DNA of 64,000 nucleotides from an uncultured Gemmatimonadales bacterium (GTDB lineage: Bacteria; Gemmatimonadota; Gemmatimonadetes; Longimicrobiales; Longimicrobiaceae). Of the stretch, positions 47,863-57,247 are shown in pieces. Each line of letters opens with the position of its first letter. The first letter of the stretch is position 1. Under the pieces are notes generated by a model. The model had not been told where the DNA came from and ran no database searches. It saw nothing but the letters and a program-made list of their open reading frames with translations. The translations under genes and the position numbers were made by a program. The stretch lies in assembly GCA_963716255.1 (NCBI GenBank), contig OY970303.1, positions 1,344,001 through 1,408,000 on the forward strand, read 5' to 3'.

Positions 47863-49122
47863 ATGACGGAGCTGCGAGCCAAGCTGTCCATCCTCGCCGA
47901 CGCGGCCAAGTACGACGCGTCGTGCGCCAGCAGCGGGTCGAGCCGCAAGCGCGCCGCCGGGCCCCGGGGGATGGGGAACACCGAGGGGATGGGGATCTGC
48001 CACTCCTACACGCCGGACGGGCGCTGCGTCTCGCTGCTCAAGGTGCTCCTCACCAACGTCTGCATCTACGACTGCGCGTACTGCATCAACCGCAGCTCCA
48101 GCAGCGTGCGCCGGGCGCGCTTCAAGGTGGACGAGCTGGTGCGGGTGGTGCTGGAGTTCTACCGCCGCAACTACATCGAGGGGCTGTTCCTGAGCTCGGG
48201 GATCATCCGCAGCCCCGACTACACCATGGAGCAGCTGGTGGCGGTGGCGCGCACCCTGCGCGAGGAGCACCACTTCCACGGCTACATCCATCTCAAGACC
48301 ATCCCCAACGCGGCGCCGGAGCTGATCGAGCAGGCCGGGCGCTGGGCCGACCGCCTGAGCGTCAACGTGGAGCTTCCCACGCAGGAAGGGCTGGACCGCC
48401 TGGCGCCGGACAAGAAGCTGGTGCAGATCACCGGGGCGATGGACCGGCTGAAGACGGGGATCGACGGGGCCAGGGAGGAGCGGAAGCGCTCGGCCCGCGC
48501 GCCGCTCTTCGCGCCGGCCGGGCAGAGCACGCAGATGATCGTGGGCGCCACCGACGCGTCGGACGCCGTGATCCTGACCGCGGCCTCCACGCTGTACCAC
48601 AGGCAGGGGCTGCGGCGGGTGTACTACTCCGGCTTCTCGCCCATCCCCGACGCCAGCGCGGTGCTCCCCTCGGCGCGGGCGCCGCTGGTGCGCGAGCACC
48701 GGCTGTACCAGGCGGACTGGCTGATGCGCTTCTACGGCTTCGACGCCGCGGAGGTGGCGCCCGCGAGCGCGCCCCACCTGGACCTGGAGCTGGACCCGAA
48801 GACCGCCTGGGCGCTGCGCAACCGCGACCGCTTTCCGGTGGACCTGAACGCCGCCCCCCGCGAGGCGCTGCTTCGCGTCCCCGGCATCGGGGTGCGCAAC
48901 GTCAAGCGCATCCTGGAGATCCGCGCCTGGCACCGGATCCGCCTGGAGGACCTGGCGCGCCTCGGCGTGTCGCTGCGCAGGACCATGCCCTTCGTCACCA
49001 CGGCCGACCACACCCCGCGGGCGGCGCTGGACGCCGGCGACCTGCGCGACCGGCTCTTCCCGCAGCGCGCGCAGGTGGACCTGTTCGCCAGCGCGGCGCT
49101 CGCCGCGACGGGAGAGCTGTGA
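47863..49122 (+). CDS. Putative DNA modification/repair radical SAM protein (TIGR03916-type)
   Basis: AAKYDASCASS, GICHSYTPDGRC, CIYDCAYC, REHRLYQADWL, LLRVPGIG HhH. Confidence 0.93.
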   Translation: MTELRAKLSILADAAKYDASCASSGSSRKRAAGPRGMGNTEGMGICHSYTPDGRCVSLLKVLLTNVCIYDCAYCINRSSSSVRRARFKVDELVRVVLEFYRRNYIEGLFLSSGIIRSPDYTMEQLVAVARTLREEHHFHGYIHLKTIPNAAPELIEQAGRWADRLSVNVELPTQEGLDRLAPDKKLVQITGAMDRLKTGIDGAREERKRSARAPLFAPAGQSTQMIVGATDASDAVILTAASTLYHRQGLRRVYYSGFSPIPDASAVLPSARAPLVREHRLYQADWLMRFYGFDAAEVAPASAPHLDLELDPKTAWALRNRDRFPVDLNAAPREALLRVPGIGVRNVKRILEIRAWHRIRLEDLARLGVSLRRTMPFVTTADHTPRAALDAGDLRDRLFPQRAQVDLFASAALAATGEL

Positions 49123-49940
49123 GGCGCGCCCCCTTCGACGGCACGCTCGCCGGCTGGCGCGAGGCGGCGCGCGCGCTGCTCGCCGCGGCGGTGCCGCCGC
49201 AGGACGTGCTGTGGAGCGCGGAGGGCGAGGCGCCGCTGCTGGACGGGCTGGACGCGGCCCCGGCCGGGGCCTCCGCGGGGGAGGGGCCGCAGGCCCGTGT
49301 GCCGCGCGCGCTGCTGGAGCTGGTGGAGGCGGCGGCGTGCTTCCGCGACCCGGAGCGCTGGGCGCTCTTCTACCGGTTGGTGTGGCGCGTCACGCACGGC
49401 GAGCGGCACCTGCTCCAGGTGGCGAGCGACCCGGACGTGCACCGGCTGCTGCGCATGGAAAAGGCGGTCCGCCGCGAGATCCACAAGATGCACGCGTTCG
49501 TGCGCTTCCGCGCCGTCGGCGGCGAGGACGGGGCCGAGCCCTGCTACGTCGCCTGGTTCGAGCCGGAGCACCCCGTGGTGGAGCGCGCCACGCCGTTCTT
49601 CGCGCGGCGCTTCGCGGCCATGCGCTGGTCCATCCTAACCCCGGAGCGCTGCGCGCACTGGGACGGCGAGGCGCTGGCCTTCACCCCGGGGCTGCCGCGC
49701 TCCGCCGCCCCGGACGCGGACGCGCTGGAGGAGCTGTGGCGCACCTACTACGCGCACACCTTCAACCCCGCCCGCCTGCGCCCCTCGGCCATGCGCGCGG
49801 AGATGCCCAAGCGCTACTGGCGCAACCTCCCCGAGGCCGCGCTGATCCCGGAGCTGGTGCACGGCGCCCCCGGCCGCGTCCGCCGCATGATCGAGGCGGC
49901 GGACCCTGCCGCCGCGGACGGAGCCCGTCCGGCGGGCTGA
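49119..49940 (+). CDS. TIGR03915/DUF4130 putative DNA metabolism protein
   Basis: REIHKMHAFVRF, WFEPEH, LWRTYY..FNPAR, EMPKRYWRNLPE. Confidence 0.9.
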   Translation: MRRAPFDGTLAGWREAARALLAAAVPPQDVLWSAEGEAPLLDGLDAAPAGASAGEGPQARVPRALLELVEAAACFRDPERWALFYRLVWRVTHGERHLLQVASDPDVHRLLRMEKAVRREIHKMHAFVRFRAVGGEDGAEPCYVAWFEPEHPVVERATPFFARRFAAMRWSILTPERCAHWDGEALAFTPGLPRSAAPDADALEELWRTYYAHTFNPARLRPSAMRAEMPKRYWRNLPEAALIPELVHGAPGRVRRMIEAADPAAADGARPAG

Positions 49941-50059
49941 GCGTCCGGGCACACGCGACGGTTGCGGTCCACGGCACCACCTATTAGCGTGGCATGCATT
50001 GGCGCACACGGCGCCTGAGCCGGGCCCCGCCCGACCCGACCCCGAGACTGGAGATCCCC

Positions 50060-50542
50060 ATGAACAAGCTGCTCTGCGCCGCCTCGCTCGCGCTGGGCCT
50101 GGCCGCCTTCCCTGCCGCCGCCTCGGCCCAGAACCCGCAGACCTGCACCGCCACGGACGGGAGCTGCCGGGTGCAGCGCGTGAAGCTCGACGCCTTCACC
50201 GCGCTGGACTTCAAGGAGGAGCTGGGGCTCACGGCGGAGCAGACCACGCGAATCGAGGCCGCGCGCGCGGCGCTGCGCGAGGCGCACCGCGTGCACTGCG
50301 CGCCCATGCACGCGTCCACGCCCACCGCGGCCGAGGAAGAGCGGCACCACGCGGAGATGCAGGTGATCAGCAACCGCTACGGGTCCGAGGCAGCCGCCGT
50401 GCTCACTCCCGCGCAGCTCGCCGGCCTGGCCCGCATCCAGGTTACCCGTATCAGGGCGGAGGGCGGCCGCGAGGCGGGCCACCATGGCGGCGCGGCACAG
50501 AAGCCGGCTGAGGGCCACACCACCCAACACCCCGCGCGCTGA
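50060..50542 (+). CDS. Secreted Spy/CpxP-like (LTxxQ) His-containing protein
   Basis: Signal peptide, LGLTAEQ and VLTPAQ motifs. Confidence 0.7.
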   Translation: MNKLLCAASLALGLAAFPAAASAQNPQTCTATDGSCRVQRVKLDAFTALDFKEELGLTAEQTTRIEAARAALREAHRVHCAPMHASTPTAAEEERHHAEMQVISNRYGSEAAAVLTPAQLAGLARIQVTRIRAEGGREAGHHGGAAQKPAEGHTTQHPAR

Positions 50543-50651
50543 CACGCCGGATCGGCGATGCGAGGAGGCCCGCCCCGGAACGGGAGCGGGCCTCCTCGCG
50601 CATGGGGGTGCCGCCGACCGAAGCCGGCCCCGCGGACGCAAGCACGAGCCC

Positions 50652-50782
50652 CGCGTGAGGGATTTCGGCCCGAAGGGGCGAGACCCAACGGCAGTATCGT
50701 TGGGGCTCGACTCCGTTACGCAGCGTTGTTTGCTGCGTTACGGAGCCGAAGCCCGACCCCGGCGCCAGCCGGGGACACGCCC
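50652..50782 (-). repeat. Family A structured repeat, copy 9
   Basis: Reverse orientation; second stem CCCAACG/CGTTGGG with loop ATACTGC. Confidence 0.95.
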
Positions 50783-50806
50783 TACCCCGCCGTCAAAAGC
50801 CGTTGC

Positions 50807-50835
50807 TTGTCGTGCCCCGTCGCGAACGCTATACT
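50807..50835 (+). promoter_or_regulatory. Sigma70-type promoter for polyamine operon
   Basis: TTGTCG-17 bp-TATACT. Confidence 0.6.
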
Positions 50836-50931
50836 CCGCCCGGTCGGGCACACCTCCGGACGGCCCCGAAACTCCACCCCCGAGCCCACCGTAGACCGTC
50901 ACGGGACGGACAGCGTCCCGCGCGCTCCCCG

Positions 50932-51345
50932 ATGCCCGATCCGTACGTGAACCCACTTCCGGAACCCATCGACGCCGTGCCCGCCACCGGCCGCGAGTGG
51001 ATCGTGGAGGCCCACGGCTGCGACCCCGCCGCCCTGGCCGACCTGCCCACACTGCGGGCTCTCTTCGCGCGCATGGTGGACGAGCTGCGCCTGCACCCGG
51101 TGGCGGAGCCGCTCTGGCACGTGTTCCCGGGTCCCGGCGGAATCACCGGGCTGTGCCTGCTGGCCGAGTCGCACCTGGCCTGCCACACCTTCCCCGAGCA
51201 CGGCTCGCTCTGCCTCAACCTGTTCTGCTGCACCCCGCGCCCGGAGTGGGACTACGCGGCGCGCCTGCGCGAGCTCCTGGACGCGGACACGGTGGAGGTG
51301 CGCGCCCTGGACCGCCCCTACGCCGCCCCCGTGCCCGCCCGATGA
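50932..51345 (+). CDS. speD: S-adenosylmethionine decarboxylase proenzyme
   Basis: GGITGLCLLAESHLACHTFPEHG (E|S pyruvoyl cleavage site). Confidence 0.9.
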   Translation: MPDPYVNPLPEPIDAVPATGREWIVEAHGCDPAALADLPTLRALFARMVDELRLHPVAEPLWHVFPGPGGITGLCLLAESHLACHTFPEHGSLCLNLFCCTPRPEWDYAARLRELLDADTVEVRALDRPYAAPVPAR

Positions 51346-53246
51346 GCGGCCCCGTCGCCAACTGCCCCAGCTGCGGCGCCCCGGTGGAGTTCCGCTGGGC
51401 CGGCGCCGTGCAGACCGTCTGCACCTACTGCCAGTCGGTGCTGGTGCGCCACGACCTGGACCTGGAGGCGGTGGGCCGCAGGTCGCTCCCGCCGCCGGTG
51501 ACCTCGCCGGTACAGCTGGGCACGCGCGGCCGCTACCGGGACCGCACTTTCGAGGTGACGGGCCGCATCGCCTACGAGTACGAGCGCGGCGGCTGGAGCG
51601 AGTGGCACCTGGCCTTCGGCGACGGCAGGACCGGGTGGCTCTCGGACGCGCAGGCGGAGTACGCCGTGTCCTTCCTGGACCCGGAGCCCGGGCATCTCCC
51701 CCCCGCGGACGAGGTGCGGCTCGGATGGCGGGTCCGGCTCCAGGGGACCGACTTCGTCGCGTCGGCGCTGACCCGCGCCCGCTACGTGGGGGTGGAGGGG
51801 GAGCTCCCCTTCGAGTACTGGGACAAGGAGGAGGTTCCCTTCGTGGACCTGAAGGCCGCGGACGGGAGCTTCGCCACGCTGGACTACAGCGAGCCGGCGC
51901 CGCTCCTGTACGTGGGCGAGTACGTCGCCTTCGCCGACCTGGCGCTCACCGGGCTGCGCGAGGAGGGGGAGCGGCGCGTGGAGGGCACCCGCGCCCTCAA
52001 CTGCCCCAACTGCGGCGCCGGGGTGGAGATCCTGGACCCGGAGCGCGCCCTCAACGTGGTGTGCGGCTCGTGCAGCTCGGTGCTGGACGCCCGGTCGCCG
52101 TCGCTCGACGTGCTCCAGACCTTCCAGGCCAGGCTGAAGGTGAAGCCGCTGATCCCCATGGGGTCCAGGGGAACGTGGAAGGGTGCGGAGTACCGGGTGC
52201 TGGGCTTCCAGCAGCGCACCATCCGCGTGGAGGGGACGAACTATTCCTGGCGCGAGTACCTGCTCTTCAGCCCGCGGGAGGGATACCGCTACTTCACGGA
52301 GTACGACGGCCACTGGAACGACGTCATCCCGCTGAAGACGATCCCGGAGGAGTCGCAGGCGGGGGGCCGGCCGGTCGCGCGGCTGCACGGCGAGACGTTC
52401 AAGCACTTCCAGAGCGCGGAGGCGCGCACCAGCTACGTGCTGGGCGAGTTTCCCTGGGAGGTGCGCTTCGACGACAGGGTCACCACCGCGGATTTCGTGG
52501 CGCCGCCGCGGATGCTCTCCGCGGAGACCACGGAGGAGGAGACCACCTGGTCGCTGGGCGAGTACACCCCCGGCGACCGGGTGTGGGAGGCGTTCGGCCT
52601 GGAGGGGGAGCCCCCGCGGCCGAAGGGGGTGTACGCCAACCAGCCGTCGCCTCACGCGGGGAGGGCGGCGGCGCACTGGAAGACGTTCGGCGTGCTGCTG
52701 CTGCTCTGGGTGGTGTTCGCGATGGGGCGCGCGGCGATGGGCTCGGACGAGCTGCTCACCGGGAGCTACCGATACGAGCCCGGCTCCGAGGACCTGGCCG
52801 TGGCGACCACCCCGGCCTTCGAGCTGAAGGGGCGACCCTCGGCGCTGGGGGTGGAGGTGGCAACGGACGTCGCCAACAACTGGGTGTTCTTCAACTACGC
52901 GCTGCTCAACCAGGAGACCGGGCAGGCGATCGAGTTCGGGCGCGAGGTGAGCTTCTACTTCGGGCGGGACGGAGGCGAGAGCTGGACGGAGGGCGACAAG
53001 AAGGACGAGGCCCGCGTCCCCTCGGTTCCGCCCGGGCGCTACGTGCTGCGCATCGAGCCGGACGGCCCCGCCCCGGTGTCGTACACGGTGAAGGTGTACC
53101 ACGACGTGCCCAGCTTCGGCTTCTTCCTGGTGGCGCTGCTGGTGCTGCTGGTGCCGCCGGTGTTCGCGCTGATGGGCTCGGCGGCGTTCGAGACGTCGCG
53201 CTGGGCGGAGAGCGACTACGCCCCGGAAGAGGGAGACGACGACTGA
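51342..53246 (+). CDS. DUF4178 domain protein (two Zn-ribbon + DUF4178 units, C-terminal TMs)
   Basis: CPSCGA..CTYC and CPNCGA..CGSC; WSEWHL and WREYLL; EGELP; RWAESDY. Confidence 0.88.
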   Translation: MSGPVANCPSCGAPVEFRWAGAVQTVCTYCQSVLVRHDLDLEAVGRRSLPPPVTSPVQLGTRGRYRDRTFEVTGRIAYEYERGGWSEWHLAFGDGRTGWLSDAQAEYAVSFLDPEPGHLPPADEVRLGWRVRLQGTDFVASALTRARYVGVEGELPFEYWDKEEVPFVDLKAADGSFATLDYSEPAPLLYVGEYVAFADLALTGLREEGERRVEGTRALNCPNCGAGVEILDPERALNVVCGSCSSVLDARSPSLDVLQTFQARLKVKPLIPMGSRGTWKGAEYRVLGFQQRTIRVEGTNYSWREYLLFSPREGYRYFTEYDGHWNDVIPLKTIPEESQAGGRPVARLHGETFKHFQSAEARTSYVLGEFPWEVRFDDRVTTADFVAPPRMLSAETTEEETTWSLGEYTPGDRVWEAFGLEGEPPRPKGVYANQPSPHAGRAAAHWKTFGVLLLLWVVFAMGRAAMGSDELLTGSYRYEPGSEDLAVATTPAFELKGRPSALGVEVATDVANNWVFFNYALLNQETGQAIEFGREVSFYFGRDGGESWTEGDKKDEARVPSVPPGRYVLRIEPDGPAPVSYTVKVYHDVPSFGFFLVALLVLLVPPVFALMGSAAFETSRWAESDYAPEEGDDD

Positions 53247-53434
53247 TGCGAGGCGCGAGGCTGTACCTGCTCTTCGGGCTGGGGGTGCTGGGCGTGCTGG
53301 GCCTGGCGGAGTACCGCGGGTGGAGCATGCTGCGCACCAACGAGGTCCGGAACGTTCCCACGACGGTGCGCGACAACCCCGGCGCGTACCGCCCCCACTA
53401 CTACGGCTCGGGCCGCTACGTCGGCGGAAAGTGA
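53246..53434 (+). CDS. Small membrane-anchored protein
   Basis: MRGARLYLLFGLG...VPTTVRDNPGAYRPHY..GGK; TGATG coupling. Confidence 0.78.
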   Translation: MRGARLYLLFGLGVLGVLGLAEYRGWSMLRTNEVRNVPTTVRDNPGAYRPHYYGSGRYVGGK

Positions 53435-53444
53435 GACCCGGAAA

Positions 53445-53657
53445 ATGAACAACGACATCGTGCACGGCATCCTCGCCGCCGCGGTCTACGCGGTGCTCGG
53501 CATCGTGATCTTCGTGGTGGCGCTGGTCGCGGTGGACCGCACCACGCCCGGCACGCTGTGGAAGGAGATCATCGAGGAGCACAACACCGCGCTGGCCATC
53601 ATGATGGCGGGCGTTTCCATCGCCCTGGCCATCGTGATCGCGGCCGCGATCGTGTAG
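53445..53657 (+). CDS. DUF350 small membrane protein
   Basis: DRTTPGTLWKEIIEEHNTALAI. Confidence 0.88.
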   Translation: MNNDIVHGILAAAVYAVLGIVIFVVALVAVDRTTPGTLWKEIIEEHNTALAIMMAGVSIALAIVIAAAIV

Positions 53658-53665
53658 GACCGGCA

Positions 53666-53721
53666 GGCCCTCACCCGGCTCGCTCGCGGCTCGCCACCCT
53701 CTCCCACAAGGGAAGAGGGGC
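53666..53721 (+). repeat. Family D/C hybrid REP-like element
   Basis: GGCCCTCACCCGGCTCGCTCGCGGCTCGCCACCCTCTCCCACAAGGGAAGAGGG. Confidence 0.7.
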
Positions 53722-53745
53722 CTGGTTGTGGTGGTTCTGGCATTT

Positions 53746-53897
53746 CCGTAGTACCCACATGATCCGTCGCGGAGGGAGACAGCCGGGCAGTTTCGGCTGT
53801 CTCCCTCCGGCGCAGGGAGACCCGCAGCAGTACCGCGGGGCTCCCGGAGCCCGCGCAGGAGACGGACGGCAGTATCGTCCGGCTCCGTAGCGGCCCC
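53746..53897 (+). repeat. Family B triple-hairpin repeat, copy 4 (inside polyamine operon)
   Basis: CCGTAGTACCC...three GGAGAC-stem-(G/A)GCAGT(TT/AY)-stem hairpins, ends GGCTCCGTAGCGGCCCC. Confidence 0.85.
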
Positions 53898-53937
53898 GCC
53901 CCACGCACACATCCCCCCGAAAACCAGGCACAAGCAG

Positions 53938-55434
53938 TTGCACGTAGCCCTCTTCCTCACCGTACTGCTCATCGCGGCGTGCGGCCTGATCTACGAGCTC
54001 GTGGCGGGCGCCCTGGCGAGCTACCTGCTGGGCGACAGCGTCACCATGTTTTCCACGGTGATCGGCACCTACCTGTTCGCCATGGGGATCGGCAGCTGGC
54101 TGTCGCGCTTCGTGAGCCGGGGGCTGGCCGCGCGCTTCGTGATGGTGGAGCTGATGGTGGCCGTGGTGGGCGGCTTCTCCTCCACGCTGCTCTTCCTGGC
54201 CTTCGCGTACACGGACTCGTTCCGCTTCCTGCTGTACGCGCTGGTGGTGCTGGTGGGGATCTTCGTGGGGCTGGAGATCCCGCTGCTCATGCGCATCCTG
54301 CGAAACCGCTTCGAGTTCAAGGACGTGGTGGCCAACGTCCTCACCTTCGACTACCTGGGCGCGCTGGGGGCGTCGCTGGTGTTCCCCCTGGTGCTGGTGC
54401 CGCAGCTGGGGCTGGTGCGCTCGGCGCTGGCCTTCGGGATCGTCAACGCGGCGGTGGCGCTGTGGTCCACGCACCTGTTCCGCGACGTGCTGGGGGCGCG
54501 GCGCATCCTCCAGGCGGGGTGCGTGGCGACGCTGGCGCTGCTGTGCGCGGGGATGGTGGGGGCGGAGCGCATCACCCGGCTGGCGGAGCGCAGCATCTAC
54601 GCGGACGAGGTGGTGTTCTCGCGCCAGTCGCCGTACCAGCGCATCGTGCTCACCGCCTGGCGCGACGACCTGCGGCTGTTCCTGAACGGGCACCTGCAGT
54701 TCTCCTCGCGCGACGAGTACCGCTACCACGAGGCCCTGGTGCACCCGGGGCTGGCGGCGCTCCCCGGCGCGCGGCGCGTGCTGGTGCTGGGCGGCGGCGA
54801 CGGCCTGGCGGTGCGCGAGGTGCTGCGCTACCCGGGCGTCCAGCAGGTGACGCTGGTGGACCTGGACCCGGAGATGACGCGCATCTTCTCCGAGCACCCG
54901 GAGCTGACGCGCCTGAACGCGGGCTCGCTCAACGACGCCCGCGTGCGGGTGGTCAACGCGGACGCGGCGGTGTGGCTGGCGGGGAACCGCGAGATGTTCG
55001 ACTTCGTGGTGGTGGACTTTCCCGACCCCTCCAACTACGCGGTGGGGAAGCTGTACACCACGGCCTTCTACCGCCTGCTGCAGGGACACCTGAGCCGCGA
55101 CGGGCTGATGGTGGTGCAGAGCACCTCGCCCATGTTCGCGCGCACGGCGTTCTGGAGCATCGTGGCGACTCTGCGCGCCTCGGGGCTCGCGGCCTGGCCG
55201 TACCACCTGTACGTGCCCTCCTTCGGCGAGTGGGGATACGTGCTCGCCGGGCGCGGCGGCTTCACCCCGCCCGCGGCGCTCCCCGGCGGGCTGCGCTTCC
55301 TGACGCCGCGCGTGCTCCCCCAGATGTTCGACTTTCCCGCGGACATGCTCCCCGTCCCCGCGGAGGCCAACCGCCTGGACGACCAGGTGCTGGTGCGCTA
55401 CTACGGCGCCGAGTGGAAGGAGATCGAGCGGTGA
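53938..55434 (+). CDS. speE: Polyamine aminopropyltransferase with N-terminal TM domain
   Basis: About 7 TM helices, then SPYQRI, DEYRYHEALVHP, LGGGDGLAVRE, DFPDP. Confidence 0.93.
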   Translation: MHVALFLTVLLIAACGLIYELVAGALASYLLGDSVTMFSTVIGTYLFAMGIGSWLSRFVSRGLAARFVMVELMVAVVGGFSSTLLFLAFAYTDSFRFLLYALVVLVGIFVGLEIPLLMRILRNRFEFKDVVANVLTFDYLGALGASLVFPLVLVPQLGLVRSALAFGIVNAAVALWSTHLFRDVLGARRILQAGCVATLALLCAGMVGAERITRLAERSIYADEVVFSRQSPYQRIVLTAWRDDLRLFLNGHLQFSSRDEYRYHEALVHPGLAALPGARRVLVLGGGDGLAVREVLRYPGVQQVTLVDLDPEMTRIFSEHPELTRLNAGSLNDARVRVVNADAAVWLAGNREMFDFVVVDFPDPSNYAVGKLYTTAFYRLLQGHLSRDGLMVVQSTSPMFARTAFWSIVATLRASGLAAWPYHLYVPSFGEWGYVLAGRGGFTPPAALPGGLRFLTPRVLPQMFDFPADMLPVPAEANRLDDQVLVRYYGAEWKEIER

Positions 55435-56948
55435 GCCTGTCCCGCCGCGACTTCCTCGCCGCGACGGCGGCCGTCGCGGCATCCGCGCTGGTGGGGTGCG
55501 CGCCGAAGACCGACCGTCCGCTCGCCGGCGGCTTCGTGGACGACGGCGGCGCGCGCGGGCACCGGCTGCGCGACCGCGCCCCCTTCCCCGCCCCGCGGCG
55601 GACGGTGCGCGTTCCCGTGGTGATCGTGGGCGGGGGGATCGCGGGGCTCTCCGCCGCCTGGTGGCTGGAGCGCGCCGGGATGCGCGACTGGACGCTGCTG
55701 GAGATGGAGGCGCGCGCCGGCGGCAACTCGTGCTCGGGCGAGAACGAGGTGACGGCGTACCCCTGGGCCGCGCACTACGTCCCGGTGCCGGGGCCGCGCG
55801 CCGTGCACGCCCGCGAATTGTTCGCGGAGCTGGGTGTGCTGAAGGACGGCGCCTGGGAGGAGACCATGCTGGCCTTTTCCCCGCAGGAGCGCGTCTTCCG
55901 ATGGGGGCGCTGGCACGAGGGGCTGGAGGAGACCGCCGCCGACACGCCGGCCGACCGCGCCGAGCTCGCCCGCTTCCACGAGGAGGTGGATCGCCTGCGC
56001 CGCAGCGGCGAGTTCACCATCCCCTCCTCGCTGGGCCGCCGCCCCTCCGCGCTGGACGGCGTGTCCTTTGCCCGCTGGCTGGACGCGCGCGGCTTCCGCT
56101 CGCCGGCGCTCCGCTGGTACGCCGACTACGCCTGCCGCGACGACTACGGCGCGCGGACGGCGGACACTTCCGCCTGGGCCGGCATCCACTACTTCGCCTC
56201 GCGCGAGGGCGAGCACGACGCGCCGCTCACCTGGGCGGAGGGGAACGGCTGGATCGTCCGCCGCCTCCTGGAGCGGCTGGGCGGCCGGGTGCGCACCGGG
56301 CAGATGGTGCACCGCGTGGAGCGCCGCGGCACGGGCGCGCGCGTGCTTGCCGGCGACACGGAGTACCTGGCGGATGCGGTGGTCTTCGCCGCGCCCTCGT
56401 TCCTGGCCTCGCGGCTGGTGCAGGGCGCGCCCCCCGTGGACTTCGTCTACTCGCCCTGGCTGACGGCCAACCTGACGCTGGACCGCCCGCCCGCGGAGCG
56501 CGCCGCCCCGCCCGCCTGGGACAACGTGCTCTACGACTCGCCCGCGCTGGGGTACGTGATCGCCAACCACCAGTCGCTGCGCGTCCACCAGGACCGCTCC
56601 GTCTGGACGTACTACTGGGCGCTGGCCGACGGGCCCCCGGCTGCGGCCCGGGCCACGCTGCTGCGGCGGAGCTGGCGGGAGTGGACGGAGATGATCCTCG
56701 CCGACCTGGAGCGGGCGCACCCGGACATCCGGCGCTGCGTGTCGCGAGTCGATGTGATGCGGATGGGGCACGCCATGGTGCGGCCGGTGCCGGGATTTCT
56801 TGCCTCTCCGGCGCGGCGGGCGCTGGCGGAGGCGGAGGGGCCGGTGTTCTACGCGCACTCGGACCTGAGCGGGCTGTCGCTGTTCGAGGAGGCGCAGGAC
56901 CACGGGATTTTTGCGGCGGAGCGGGTGCTGGATCGTCTCGGGCGTTGA
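55431..56948 (+). CDS. FAD-dependent oxidoreductase (amine oxidase-like) with Tat/lipoprotein-like signal
   Basis: SRRDFL..LVGC; VIVGGGIAGLSAA; YACRDDYG; SLFEEA. Confidence 0.88.
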   Translation: MSLSRRDFLAATAAVAASALVGCAPKTDRPLAGGFVDDGGARGHRLRDRAPFPAPRRTVRVPVVIVGGGIAGLSAAWWLERAGMRDWTLLEMEARAGGNSCSGENEVTAYPWAAHYVPVPGPRAVHARELFAELGVLKDGAWEETMLAFSPQERVFRWGRWHEGLEETAADTPADRAELARFHEEVDRLRRSGEFTIPSSLGRRPSALDGVSFARWLDARGFRSPALRWYADYACRDDYGARTADTSAWAGIHYFASREGEHDAPLTWAEGNGWIVRRLLERLGGRVRTGQMVHRVERRGTGARVLAGDTEYLADAVVFAAPSFLASRLVQGAPPVDFVYSPWLTANLTLDRPPAERAAPPAWDNVLYDSPALGYVIANHQSLRVHQDRSVWTYYWALADGPPAAARATLLRRSWREWTEMILADLERAHPDIRRCVSRVDVMRMGHAMVRPVPGFLASPARRALAEAEGPVFYAHSDLSGLSLFEEAQDHGIFAAERVLDRLGR

Positions 56949-56974
56949 CGGAACTGCTTTGAACTGAGGGGTTT

Positions 56975-57104
56975 GGGCGTGCCCCCGGCTGGCGCCGGGG
57001 TCGGGCTTCGGCTCCGTAGGGCTGCAAACAACGCAGCCCAACGGAGTCGAGCCCCGCGAAACTGCCCGCGGGTCTCGCCCCTTCGGGCCGGAATCCCTCA
57101 CGCG
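56975..57104 (+). repeat. Family A structured repeat, copy 10
   Basis: Stem GGGCTGC/GCAGCCC with loop AAACAAC. Confidence 0.95.
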
Positions 57105-57247
57105 GGTTCGAGCTGCGTCCGCGGTCGTGCTCGGGCGCCGGATGGGCGTCGGCCACGTGGGCGATTGCCGCGCCGCCGGCCCGGGCCCATCATCCGTGCG
57201 TTCGCCGCGTCCCGCGGCACGCCGTCCCACCGCGCACCGAGGCCCAT

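Noticed and set aside
46674..49118. 1088-aa ORF 46674-49940 as a single protein
   Set aside because: Only the part from GTG 49119 has TIGR03915 motifs; the rest overlaps two genuine genes out of frame.
47863..49122. Radical SAM enzyme as maturase of the Cys-rich peptides
   Set aside because: It carries TIGR03916 motifs and an HhH domain, shows no SPASM/RRE features, and lies about 20 kb from the nearer peptide.
50652..57104. Composite transposon carrying the polyamine operon between inverted family A copies
   Set aside because: No transposase or target-site duplication is visible, and with a copy every ~5 kb such flanking is expected by chance.
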